A DNA stretch of 64,000 bases, from assembly GCA_963745025.1 (NCBI GenBank), contig CAVUWD010000016.1, forward strand, positions 480,001-544,000, given 5' to 3'. The stretch is from an uncultured delta proteobacterium (GTDB lineage Bacteria; Desulfobacterota; Binatia; JACPRU01). The translations under genes and the position numbers were made by a program. Every line of letters begins with the position of its first letter. The first letter of the stretch is position 1. Under the pieces are notes generated by a model, which was not told where the DNA came from, made no database searches, and saw only the letters and a list, made by a program, of their open reading frames with translations. This document shows, in pieces, positions 20,052 through 28,973 of the stretch.

Positions 20052-20635
20052 ATGGATTGCGGTAGTTGTGGAGTAGAGATCCTACCGGATTCGCTTTTCT
20101 GCACGGCATGCGGTGCGAAGATCGAGATCCAGTGCAGCGCTTGCTCGGCCCGTAACCCGCCTGGCGCGAGGTTCTGCCGAAAATGCGGCAGCACCCTGGG
20201 CGCCGACGTTCAGGTCGCAGATAGGCACCCCGAGCCGCGACCCCCGAGCCGCGGAGCTACACCCCCAAGCACCTCGCCGAGAAGCGGCGGTGATCGGCAA
20301 GGACTTCACCGAGCCGATTCTGCAGCGTGTCGTCAGTGAGGTCGGCCGGTCGCCCCTCCCGAGCGCAGCTCGCACTGGAAGCGGCCCTGCTGGCGACGGA
20401 CGGCGTCGTGCCCCGCGCGAAGATCGAGTCCGCCCTCGAGCGCGCCGAGTACCTGGTCGAGTCGGTCGCGGGCCGCTCGCTGTCGCCGCGGATTCTGGAG
20501 ATGCGCGGGCGCCTGGCAGCCGCGCTCGGCGACGTGCCGGCTTCCGACCGGGCGCTGCGGCAGGCGCTGGAGCTCTACTGCGCCATCGGCGCCACCGGAA
20601 ACGCCGAGCGGCTGGCGCGGGAGCTCGGCGCATGA
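20052..20635 (+). pseudogene. Collapsed cyclase gene: double zinc ribbon, short internal snippets, and 3'-end copy 4
   Basis: MDCGSCG...FCTACG...CSACS...FCRKCG; SYTPKHLA; AAVIGKDFTEPIL; then AQLAL...AERLARELGA*. Confidence 0.8.
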
Positions 20636-20700
20636 AGTGCGCGAACAGCGGTAGCCGGAGCCCCGAACCGCGCGAAAGATTCTGCCGCCGGCAAACGCCT
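20632..20700 (+). repeat. Degenerate zinc-ribbon start, same junction as at 15042
   Basis: ggcgcATGAagtgcgcgaacagcggtagccggagccccga versus ggcgcATGAagtgcgcgaggagcggtagccagagccccga. Confidence 0.75.
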
Positions 20701-20879
20701 GAACGGGTAGAGTGCGGAGAAGCATTCGCCGTGCGCTCGCCCTCGCTGCAGCCCGGAGCCCCGGCAGGCGCGAGTTTGCCTTCCCTGACGTCTTTCGTTC
20801 CGCTGCGCGGGCCGGTGCAAGCGAACCTGTGCGAACCTGTGCGAGATTGACATGCAGAGCCATGAGCCCTTAGGAGATC

Positions 20880-20895
20880 TGGTCAAGGTTGACCA
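20880..20895 (+). promoter_or_regulatory. Candidate Phd operator
   Basis: TGGTCAA-GG-TTGACCA inverted repeat between a TTGACA box and the SD of the antitoxin gene. Confidence 0.5.
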
Positions 20896-20908
20896 ACTGG
20901 AGGCTGCG

Positions 20909-21154
20909 ATGCCGGAAACAATTCTGAATCTTTATGAGGCAAAGTCGTCTCTGTCGCGGCTCGTCGATCGTGCCGCCGCGGGAGAAGAGATCATCATCGC
21001 CAAGGCGGGGAAGCCGATGGCAAAGTTGGTCGCCGTTTCGCGGCGGGCACGCCGCCGCAAGCCGGGCGGTTGGAAGGGACGGGTCGTCATCGCCAAGAAC
21101 TTCGACGCGCCGCTGCCCGCGGCGATCCGCGCGGCGTTCGCAGGCCGACGGTGA
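20909..21154 (+). CDS. Phd/YefM-family antitoxin
   Basis: NLYEAKSSLSRLVDRAAAGEEIIIAKAGKPMAKLV...FDAPLP. Confidence 0.93.
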   Translation: MPETILNLYEAKSSLSRLVDRAAAGEEIIIAKAGKPMAKLVAVSRRARRRKPGGWKGRVVIAKNFDAPLPAAIRAAFAGRR

Positions 21155-21162
21155 GCGTGGCG

Positions 21163-21537
21163 ATGCGGTTGTTGCTGGACACCCATGTGTTCCTCTGGTG
21201 GCGGGATGACAGCCGCAGGCTGAAAACAAGCGCGCGGCGTGCCATCGCCGAAGCGCAGATCGTGTTCGTCAGCGCCGCCACCGCATGGGAAGCCGCCATC
21301 AAGGCCGCCCTCGGACGGCTGCAAATTCCGGATACCGTCGAGGCGGGCGTGATCGACAGTGGCTTTGAGAAGCTGCCGATCGGCTTCTCCCACGCCGAGT
21401 CGGCGGCCCGCTTGCTACCGCACCACGCGGATCCGTTCGATCGGATGCTGGTCGCGCAGGCGAAGGCGGAAGGGTTGACGCTGGTGACCCACGATCGGCG
21501 GCTCGCACCATACGAGATCGAGATCTTGTGGACCTGA
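21163..21537 (+). CDS. vapC: VapC/PIN-domain toxin
   Basis: MRLLLDTHVFLWW, VSAATAWE, HHADPFDRMLVAQA, LVTHD. Confidence 0.95.
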   Translation: MRLLLDTHVFLWWRDDSRRLKTSARRAIAEAQIVFVSAATAWEAAIKAALGRLQIPDTVEAGVIDSGFEKLPIGFSHAESAARLLPHHADPFDRMLVAQAKAEGLTLVTHDRRLAPYEIEILWT

Positions 21538-21591
21538 CACGCACGGAGTTCCTCAACCTGCTCTAAGGGTAGGCGCCGGATCGACCGCGAT

Positions 21592-22449
21592 ATGCGCGGC
21601 TCTGCATGTGGCCGAGAAAATCGCAGTGACTCCAGGTTCTGCCTGGGCTGTGGAGTTACACTGGCTCCCACGTGCCCGCATTGCAGCCGCGAGGTCCCGA
21701 GCGATGCTGCGTTCTGCGATGGCTGCGGGCTACCCGGAGAGGGCCGGCCTCCCGGCAATCGGTGGATAGGGCCGAAGACGGTTTGGCTGGAACTGCCCTT
21801 TCCCCAATGATCACCCCGCAACTACACACCCAAGCACGGCGCGCCGATCGCGCATGAGGATCATGCGCAGCGGGCTTGCTACGCGGCGCTCTCGCTGCGC
21901 GATCGCCTGCGCGTATGGGCCGAGACCTACGATCGCGAGATCACGGACGTGTTTGCCCTCCAGGACGAGATCAGCGCGACCATAGCGGCGTCGCTGGTGG
22001 GCGACCTCACGCGGGCGGAGGGGGAGCGCGCGCGACAGAAGGGCACCGAGAACCTCGAGGCGTGGAGCCTCTACCAGCTCGGCTTGCAGCGTGCCGACCG
22101 CATGACGCCTGCCGACATGGCCGAGGCACGTCGGCTCTTCGAACGAGCGGTCGCGCTCGACCCGCGCTTCGCGACCGCGCTGGCACAGCTGGCTTTTGCA
22201 GATCTCTGGGAAGTGGTGTTCGGCTCGGGCGATGCCCCCGAAAAGAAAGTGGCCGATGCGCTCGGGAACGCCCGGCGAGCGGTCGAGCTCGACTGGCGAG
22301 ATCCCATCGCCCAGGCCGCGCTCAGCTGGGCCCAGCTCTCCGGAGGCGATCTCCGGAACGGGTTCGACTCGGCGCGGCGCGCCGTGGAGTTGAACCCGAG
22401 CATCGGTTGGCTCACTGCTGACAATCTGCCGTCAGGGCTTGGCTCCTAA
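21592..22449 (+). pseudogene. Mosaic cyclase remnant: zinc ribbon, cyclase snippet, TolB-like/TPR region
   Basis: CGRENRSDSRFCLGCG..CPHC..FCDGCG; YTPKH; GAPIAHEDHAQRACYAAL; VWAETYDREITDVFALQDEI...FERAVALDPRFA. Confidence 0.8.
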
Positions 22450-22562
22450 TGATCTAGCGCTCAGACGCTCGTGCACATCGCCTCCAGCCGGCTTCGTCGA
22501 CGACGCGAACGATTCTCGCACGGAGCGGTGGGTGAGAGTATGATCGGGAAGGCGCGAGGACA

Positions 22563-22958
22563 ATGGCTCAGTACGAGATCGAGGTGATCTTGCTCCGGCA
22601 GCTCGCGAGCTACCTCGCGATGCCCATCTTCATCGTCGATCCGCGCGGTACCCTCGTTTTCTACAACGAGCCGGCGGAGATCATTCTCGGCAAGCGGTTC
22701 GAAGAGACGGGCGAGATGAGCCCCGAGGAATGGTCGACGGCCTTCCGGCCTACAGACGAACAGGGCCGCCCGTTGGAGCCGGAGGCGATGCCGCTGATGA
22801 TCGCTTTCAACGACCGCCGTCCCACGCACGGGAGCCTCTGGATCCAGGGCTTCGACGGCGTTCGCCGCCACATCGAAGCGACGGCGTTTCCGCTCGTCGG
22901 CCAGTCGGATCGATTCCTCGGGGCGGTCGTCCTCTTCTGGCTGAAGGCGGCTCCATGA
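22563..22958 (+). CDS. Stand-alone PAS-domain protein
   Basis: MPIFIVDPRGTLVFYNEPAEIILG...PLVGQSDRFLGAVVLF. Confidence 0.85.
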   Translation: MAQYEIEVILLRQLASYLAMPIFIVDPRGTLVFYNEPAEIILGKRFEETGEMSPEEWSTAFRPTDEQGRPLEPEAMPLMIAFNDRRPTHGSLWIQGFDGVRRHIEATAFPLVGQSDRFLGAVVLFWLKAAP

Positions 22959-23794
22959 ACGTTCGCTTTTGGGGAACGCGCGGATCGCTGGCGTCGCCGG
23001 GTGCGGAAACAGCGAGATACGGCGGCAACACCGCGTGTGTGGAAGTGCGCGGTCGCGATGGCACGCTCCTCGTCCTCGACGCCGGAACCGGCATTCGCCG
23101 CCTCGGAGCTACGCTGCCGAAGACACTCGTTCGCGTGAACGTCCTTCTCACCCATCTGCACATGGACCACATTCAAGGCCTCGGCTTCTTCGCGCCGCTT
23201 CACGATCCAAAGATGGAGATCCACATTTGGGGGCCGGCGAGCACTACGCTCACGCTTGCGGAGCGGCTCAAGCGATACCTATCGCCGCCGCTTTTTCCCG
23301 TGCGCTTGAGGGACCTTGCCTGCCGGTTGCGACTTCACGAAGTGCCTTGCAGCGAAGTCGAGATCGGAGAATTTCGCATTGCCTCCATGCTCGTTTGCCA
23401 TCCCGGGCCAACGGTCGGATATCGAATCGCGAGTCGCGACGGAGTGGTCGCATATCTACCGGACCACGAGCCGGCGCTCGGCGCGCCGAACTTTCCGATC
23501 GCCGCCGAGTGGACGTCGGGTTACGAGCTCGCGGCGGGAGCCGATCTCCTCATCCACGACGCTCAGTACAGCGCCGAGGAGTACGGCGATCACGTCGGCT
23601 GGGGGCACAGCGCCTTCGAGGACGTCGTCCGCTTCGCAGAACTCGCCGGAGCGAGGCGCCTCGTCCCATTTCACCACGACCCGGCGCACACCGACGCCGA
23701 TCTTGACCGTATGCTCTCGAGCCGTGGGGGCGCGACGTCGTCGCTCGAGATCACGCCGGCAACGGAGGGGGCGTCGCTCGAGCTCGAGTCGTGA
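22955..23794 (+). CDS. MBL-fold metallo-hydrolase (RNase Z/cyclic-nucleotide phosphodiesterase-like)
   Basis: FWGTRGS, YGGNTACVE, LDAGTG, THLHMDHIQG, HDAQY, GWGHS, FHHDP. Confidence 0.9.
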   Translation: MNVRFWGTRGSLASPGAETARYGGNTACVEVRGRDGTLLVLDAGTGIRRLGATLPKTLVRVNVLLTHLHMDHIQGLGFFAPLHDPKMEIHIWGPASTTLTLAERLKRYLSPPLFPVRLRDLACRLRLHEVPCSEVEIGEFRIASMLVCHPGPTVGYRIASRDGVVAYLPDHEPALGAPNFPIAAEWTSGYELAAGADLLIHDAQYSAEEYGDHVGWGHSAFEDVVRFAELAGARRLVPFHHDPAHTDADLDRMLSSRGGATSSLEITPATEGASLELES

Positions 23795-24077
23795 CCGGCC
23801 TCGAATTACCTTCCGGCGCTCATGCGGTCACGGATGAAGCGCTGTGCGTCGGGCGAGAGGTTTCGACACGAGTCGATTGTCTGCCGCCGATCCGCGAAAT
23901 CAGCATTGACGAGCTGGCTGCTTGACGTCGACCTGCCGAACGGCCTTCTGCCGCCCCTACGCAAGCGGGCGATCGTTGGCGAGACCGTGATCGATGCCCC
24001 AGGCCTCGGAAGCTAGTCCACACAACCCTGTCGAGACTCGCTTTCCTGCTAGCCGACGCTGATATAGCAGAAATGCC

Positions 24078-25157
24078 ATGACGCGAGCCATCGAGGATCG
24101 CAACAAGGCCGTCGCGCTCGCGCAGCAGGTCGGGGTCGACTTCGGCGCCGCAATGACCGTGGCGCTCGCCTACATCGGCGATCGACTGGGAATCTTCAAG
24201 GCGATGGCCGGGGGCGCGTCGATGACCAGCTTGGAGATCGCGCAGCGCACGCGCCTCGATGAACGATACGTGCGCGAGTGGGCATCGACGATGGCCGCTG
24301 CCGGATATCTCGACTACAGCTCCACCGACGCCACCTTTCGGGTGAACGCCGAGCAGGCGATGGTGCTCGCCGATGAGGACAACACCTTCTTCACGGGCGG
24401 CGCCTTCCAATACGCTGTCACCTGCTACCGGCAGATTCCGAAATTGATGGAAGCGTTCCGCCACGGCGGCGGTGTTCCATTTGCAGACTTCGGTCCCGAG
24501 ATCGTGGAAGCGATCGCGCGGCTCTTTCGGGTGGGCTACGAGACCTGGGTAGCGGGGCAATGGATTCCGGCGGTTCCTGACGTTCACGAACGGCTTACGA
24601 GGGGAGGGGAGGTCGCCGAGATCGGCTGCGGAACGGGTCAATGCATCATTCCCGTCGCCTCGGCGTACGCAAATTCCCGGTTCTTCGGTTGTGACCTCGA
24701 CCTCCACTCGATCGAGCAGGCCCGGGACAAGGCCGTTCGAGCTGGAATCGCGGACCGGATCTCATTCGAGCAGATTGCGGCGGAAGATCTTCCGTTCGTC
24801 GATCGTTTCGACCTCGTGATGGCCTTCAACTGCATCCACGACATGGCGCGCCCACGAGCCGCGCTGGCCGCCATACGCCGCGTACTCAAGCCGGGTGGTG
24901 CCCTGCTGTGGTCCGAAGCGGACGCGTCGGACCACCTCGAAGAGAACCTGAACCCCGTGGGACGTATGCTCTACGGCGCGAGCACGATGCATTGCATGAC
25001 CGTGTCGCTGGCCGACGACGGCGAGGGCCTCGGCGTGGTGGTCGGGGAGAACAAGGCTCGGAGCATGGCCCTGGAGGCCGGATTCGCCAGTTTCGAGAGG
25101 CTCGAGATCAAGAATCCGTATCACCAGATCTTCCTCGCTCGCCGATCGCTTCTCTAA
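24078..25157 (+). CDS. SAM-dependent methyltransferase with N-terminal winged helix (Rv2258c-like)
   Basis: IGDRLGIF, ERYVREW, EIGCGTG, CIHDMARP, STMHCMTVSLA. Confidence 0.88.
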   Translation: MTRAIEDRNKAVALAQQVGVDFGAAMTVALAYIGDRLGIFKAMAGGASMTSLEIAQRTRLDERYVREWASTMAAAGYLDYSSTDATFRVNAEQAMVLADEDNTFFTGGAFQYAVTCYRQIPKLMEAFRHGGGVPFADFGPEIVEAIARLFRVGYETWVAGQWIPAVPDVHERLTRGGEVAEIGCGTGQCIIPVASAYANSRFFGCDLDLHSIEQARDKAVRAGIADRISFEQIAAEDLPFVDRFDLVMAFNCIHDMARPRAALAAIRRVLKPGGALLWSEADASDHLEENLNPVGRMLYGASTMHCMTVSLADDGEGLGVVVGENKARSMALEAGFASFERLEIKNPYHQIFLARRSLL

Positions 25158-25273
25158 CGACCCGCGGGAACGGTGCACGCGTCGTCCCGACCGGCCCACG
25201 AGCCATGTAGCAACCGCCCATGAAAGGCGACTGTCACAAGCGTTGCGTGGTCAAGCGGGTGCAGCCGAACGAG

Positions 25274-25573
25274 CTAGCGACGAGAGCCGCCGGCGACCAG
25301 CTTTCGTCGCGCTTGGCCAGAGTGCCGTCGCTGGAGCCACTGTAGGATGTCGGTGCGAGGCAGGAACGGACCGCGGCAACGAATCGCTTCGCGGTAGACG
25401 ATGTCGGCCTCGATGAGCTCTTCGATATAACGCTGCAGCGGGTAGGTGCCGCCGTTCGTTTCCATGTTGTGCAGCACCAACTTCAGACGATCGAGCCAGG
25501 CGCCTTCGAGAGTGACCTCAACCCGCAGCGGTCGGCCCACGGTGGTCACGCGCGCCTGAATCTCCTTCGCCAT
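25274..25573 (-). CDS. Hypothetical protein
   Basis: ORF MAKEIQARV... with protein-like composition, filling the intergenic space. Confidence 0.55.
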   Translation of the reverse strand: MAKEIQARVTTVGRPLRVEVTLEGAWLDRLKLVLHNMETNGGTYPLQRYIEELIEADIVYREAIRCRGPFLPRTDILQWLQRRHSGQARRKLVAGGSRR

Positions 25574-25680
25574 CAGCCTCGACTCATATCCCAACGAGCG
25601 GGGTCCCCACAAGAGAAGTTCTGGTGAAGGCCGCGCGCGGACGGAATTTTGGGTCCGCTTCTGGTATACGGAGCAGTGGT

Positions 25681-26835
25681 ATGCTGACGCGCGAGGAGTT
25701 CGCAGCGCTCGAGGACCAGCGGCTCGCTGGCTATGCGATGCGCAACCGGCACACGCGCGGACGCGTGCATGCCGAGCCGGAGCATCCGTTTCGTCTGCCG
25801 TTCCAGCGGGATCGAGATCGCATCATCCATTGCTCGGCGTTTCGCCGCCTCGAGTACAAGACGCAGGTCTTCGTGAACCACGAAGGCGACTACTACCGCA
25901 CGCGCCTCACCCACACGATGGAGGCGGCGCAGATCACGCGCACGATCGCCCGCGCCCTTCGCTTGAACGAAGACCTCGCCGAGGCGATCGCCCTGGCGCA
26001 CGATCTCGGGCACACGCCCTTCGGCCATGCCGGCGAGCGGATTCTCGACCGGCTGATGCAGCCGCACGGCGGCTTCGAGCACAACGCCCAGAGCCTGCGT
26101 ATCGTCGACGTGCTCGAGGAGCGCTACCCTCGGTTTGCCGGCCTGAATCTCTCGTGGGAGGTGAGGGAAGGGATCGTCAAGCACTCCACGCGCTACGACC
26201 GCCCTCAGGTCGTCGAGTTCGACGCCAACAAGGCGCCGACGCTCGAAGCGCAGATCGTCGATTACGCCGACGAGATCGCCTACAACGCGCACGACATCGA
26301 CGACGGGTTGAAGTCCGAGATGTTGACGCTCGACGATCTGGAAGGCGCGGCGATCTGGCGCGAGCATCATCGGGACGTGTGCAACGCCTATCCATCCGCC
26401 GATCGATCGATCGTGCGTTACCAGACCACGCGGCGGATCATCGACGCCTTCGTCGCGGATCTCATCGAGACCACCGAGCGGCGTCTCCACGAGCGCGGCG
26501 TGGAGCGCACCGAGGAGGTCTGGGCGATCAAGCCGAAGCTCGTCGACTTCAGCGCCGCGATGGCCGAGAAGGTGAGCGAGCTGAAGGGGCTGCTCTTCGA
26601 GAGGCTCTACAGTCACTATCGCGTCAAGCGAATGGCGGTGAAGGCCGACCGCATCATGAGCGATCTCTTCCAGACGTACATGAGCGAGCCTCGGCAGATG
26701 CCGCCGCACGTCCACGGGAAGATCGTCGGCGGCGAGCCGACTGCTCGCGTGGTCGCGGACTACATCGCCGGCATGACCGATCGCTTCGCTCTCGACGAGT
26801 TCAAGAAGCTCTTCGACCCGTACGAGAAGGTATAG
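25681..26835 (+). CDS. dgt: Deoxyguanosinetriphosphate triphosphohydrolase (HD domain)
   Basis: FQRDRDRIIH, FRRLEYKTQV, RTRLTHT, HDLGHTPFGHAGE, DYIAGMTDRFA. Confidence 0.95.
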   Translation: MLTREEFAALEDQRLAGYAMRNRHTRGRVHAEPEHPFRLPFQRDRDRIIHCSAFRRLEYKTQVFVNHEGDYYRTRLTHTMEAAQITRTIARALRLNEDLAEAIALAHDLGHTPFGHAGERILDRLMQPHGGFEHNAQSLRIVDVLEERYPRFAGLNLSWEVREGIVKHSTRYDRPQVVEFDANKAPTLEAQIVDYADEIAYNAHDIDDGLKSEMLTLDDLEGAAIWREHHRDVCNAYPSADRSIVRYQTTRRIIDAFVADLIETTERRLHERGVERTEEVWAIKPKLVDFSAAMAEKVSELKGLLFERLYSHYRVKRMAVKADRIMSDLFQTYMSEPRQMPPHVHGKIVGGEPTARVVADYIAGMTDRFALDEFKKLFDPYEKV

Positions 26836-26864
26836 CGCCGGTCTTCCGGCTCCCGGGAACGTCG

Positions 26865-27473
26865 ATGCCACGCCCGCAACACGTTCTGATCCTCCGCCGC
26901 GGCGATCACAAGCGCGACGCGCTCGGCGCCGTGTTTCTCGGCGCCGTCGCCGACGAGCGAGAGATCCGGCTCTACGTCGAGCGCTACCTCGGGCCGCCGT
27001 TCCTGGTGCGTTCGGTCGAGATGGAAGGCCCGGCACTGCGGGTCGTGGTCGAATGCTCTCGCTTTCAGATGGAGAGCCACAACCTCACGCGCCTCGCCAA
27101 GTCGCTCGCCGATCGCGGCCGACAGCGAGCCGCCGCGGACAGCTTCGCCGAGGCCCTGAAGCTCGATCCCTTGAACGCCGAAGCCCTGAAGGGCCGGGCG
27201 GCGCTCCACGCGCTCGCCGGCGAGCTGACCGACGCCGAGGACAAGTGGATCCGCTCCGGGGAGATCCGCGGCTACGACGGCGAGATCCTGCGCGGTCTGG
27301 CCGACATCGCGCTGCGCGAAGACCGCCGCCCGACGGCAATGCAGTACCTGGAAGAGGCGCTCATCGTGCATCCCGACGACGCCGAGGCGCGCGCCATGCT
27401 CGACGAGCTCAACCGTCAGGCCGAACTACGGTTCAACGCCGAAGCCCCTCGGGATCCCGCCCGGAAAGATTGA
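26865..27473 (+). CDS. TPR-repeat protein
   Basis: FAEALKLDPLNAEAL, YLEEALIVHPDDAEA. Confidence 0.75.
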   Translation: MPRPQHVLILRRGDHKRDALGAVFLGAVADEREIRLYVERYLGPPFLVRSVEMEGPALRVVVECSRFQMESHNLTRLAKSLADRGRQRAAADSFAEALKLDPLNAEALKGRAALHALAGELTDAEDKWIRSGEIRGYDGEILRGLADIALREDRRPTAMQYLEEALIVHPDDAEARAMLDELNRQAELRFNAEAPRDPARKD

Positions 27474-27607
27474 ATCTCCCCGGACAGCCTACTCGAGTAG
27501 GCGCTTGCCATCGCGTGTTGAGCCTCGCGCGCGAGTCGCCCGCACCGACGACCAATCATGTGATGTCAAGTAAGCCCGGGCCCAGCCGGGAGCGAGGGCT
27601 CCCGTTT

Positions 27608-27635
27608 AGTTTACATAATATATCTTATCGGACGT
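27608..27635 (-). other. dif: Chromosomal dif site (XerC/XerD recombination site)
   Basis: Minus strand ACGTCCGATAA-GATATA-TTATGTAAACT has the 11-6-11 layout; the XerD arm matches known dif arms; AT-rich spot between convergent genes. Confidence 0.88.
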
Positions 27636-27670
27636 ACGATCCCAGGGGTGATTTCGAGCCGACGAACGCG

Positions 27671-28333
27671 CTACTGCTTGGCCGGCGCCTTCGCCCGAGT
27701 CGCGATCATCGCTTCGACGTAGTCACGGGTCTCGGGGCTGAGCTCGCCGATCGCCTGCATCCCCGCGTCCACGGCCTCGACGAACTGCTGCTCGGTGCTG
27801 AGGCGCGCGAACCACGCGACGCCCCGTAGCGGACCGTCCGCTGTGGCGGCGGCACCGAGCTCGGTGGCGGCGCCCGTCTTGTCGCCCGCCTTGATCTTGA
27901 GAAGGCCCAAATTGTAATGCGCGATCTGACGCAGGAGATCGTCGGAACCCTGCTGCAGCACCCGCTGAAAGGCATCCTCGGCTTCCCTCGTCTTGCCGAG
28001 CTCTGCGTACGTGTTGCCGAGATAGACGAGCGCGAGCCGACCATGGGACGTCCGAGGCCAGTCGCTGGTGACGCGACGGAATCCCTGAGCGGCCGCATCG
28101 AGCTTCTGCGCCGTGAAGTCGCGTCGTGCCGCTCCGAACGCGGCCTCCGCGTGGCTTTCCTCCCACGAGCGGTACTCGCGCACCCCCAGCGCGAGGGCAA
28201 CCACGGCAACGAGGCCGAGGGCGGCTAGCGTCACTTGCCGCTCGTGCTGCCGCGCGTACGCGAGAAACCGCCGGCTGAGCGTGAGGAACTCGTCAGGCTC
28301 CTTGAGCTGCCGGCGCTGGATACCCTTGGCCAT
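27671..28333 (-). CDS. YfgM-like membrane-anchored TPR protein
   Basis: RRQLKEPDEF, single TM helix, TPR repeats. Confidence 0.75.
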   Translation of the reverse strand: MAKGIQRRQLKEPDEFLTLSRRFLAYARQHERQVTLAALGLVAVVALALGVREYRSWEESHAEAAFGAARRDFTAQKLDAAAQGFRRVTSDWPRTSHGRLALVYLGNTYAELGKTREAEDAFQRVLQQGSDDLLRQIAHYNLGLLKIKAGDKTGAATELGAAATADGPLRGVAWFARLSTEQQFVEAVDAGMQAIGELSPETRDYVEAMIATRAKAPAKQ

Positions 28334-28374
28334 GAATTGGGCGGCGGCGGATGAGGAGCCGCCGGTGCGCGACT

Positions 28375-28890
28375 TCACATCTTGTACTTGAAATCGTCGG
28401 GAGCCATCTTCTCGAGGATCTCGGCCCATTTGTCCCGCGACACGTTCGAGAGGTTCTGGTCCTTGTCGTCCTCCATCTGCTGGAGCACGCTGGAGCTCTC
28501 GAGCACCTTCTTCGCGACGTAGATCGGGCTCTTGGTGCGAAGCGCGAGGGAGATCGCGTCACTCGGCCGACAATCGATCGCCAGCCGTCGCCCGTTGACC
28601 TCGAGGTGAACGAGCGCGAAGTAGGTGTTGTCGCGGAGATCGGTCACCTCGATGGCCTCGACCGCGGCGCCGAGCTCGCCGAGGACGTTGCGCAGAAGAT
28701 CGTGTGTCATCGGTCGCGCCATCTTGATGCCCTCGAGCTCGGTCGCCATCGCAGTCGCTTCGAGAAGACCGATCCAGATCGGCAGGTTCAGCTTGTTCTC
28801 GGAGTCCTTGAGGATCACGATCGGGGTCTTCGTCACGGGGTCGAGCGTGAGTCCGCCGACCGTCATGAGAATGAACTGTTCGCGCCCCAT
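28375..28890 (-). CDS. Bifunctional nuclease (DUF151) family protein
   Basis: LPIWIGLLEA, RPMTHDL, DCRPSDAISLALR. Confidence 0.92.
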   Translation of the reverse strand: MGREQFILMTVGGLTLDPVTKTPIVILKDSENKLNLPIWIGLLEATAMATELEGIKMARPMTHDLLRNVLGELGAAVEAIEVTDLRDNTYFALVHLEVNGRRLAIDCRPSDAISLALRTKSPIYVAKKVLESSSVLQQMEDDKDQNLSNVSRDKWAEILEKMAPDDFKYKM

Positions 28891-28973
28891 GAAAGGACTC
28901 CCTCCTCGATTCGCTTCATTCTACGGAAGGTCGCTGCATTTGCAATCGCGATCTCGGATCCGACGTTCGCGCG

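Noticed and set aside
14865-20635. Diversity-generating retroelement template/variable repeats
   Set aside because: No reverse transcriptase in the window, and differences between copies are not obviously confined to adenines.
14865-20700. CRISPR array or integron attC cassette array as the explanation for the repeats
   Set aside because: The repeats are 170-200 bp protein-coding remnants at irregular kb spacing; no cas genes, integron integrase or attC-type hairpins were recognised.
20820-20844. Short tandem repeat GCGAACCTGT x2
   Set aside because: Only two units, consistent with local slippage; no functional evidence.
25681-27473. dGTPase as an anti-phage system
   Set aside because: Looks like the ordinary ~380-aa housekeeping form in a core-gene context, outside the TA island.
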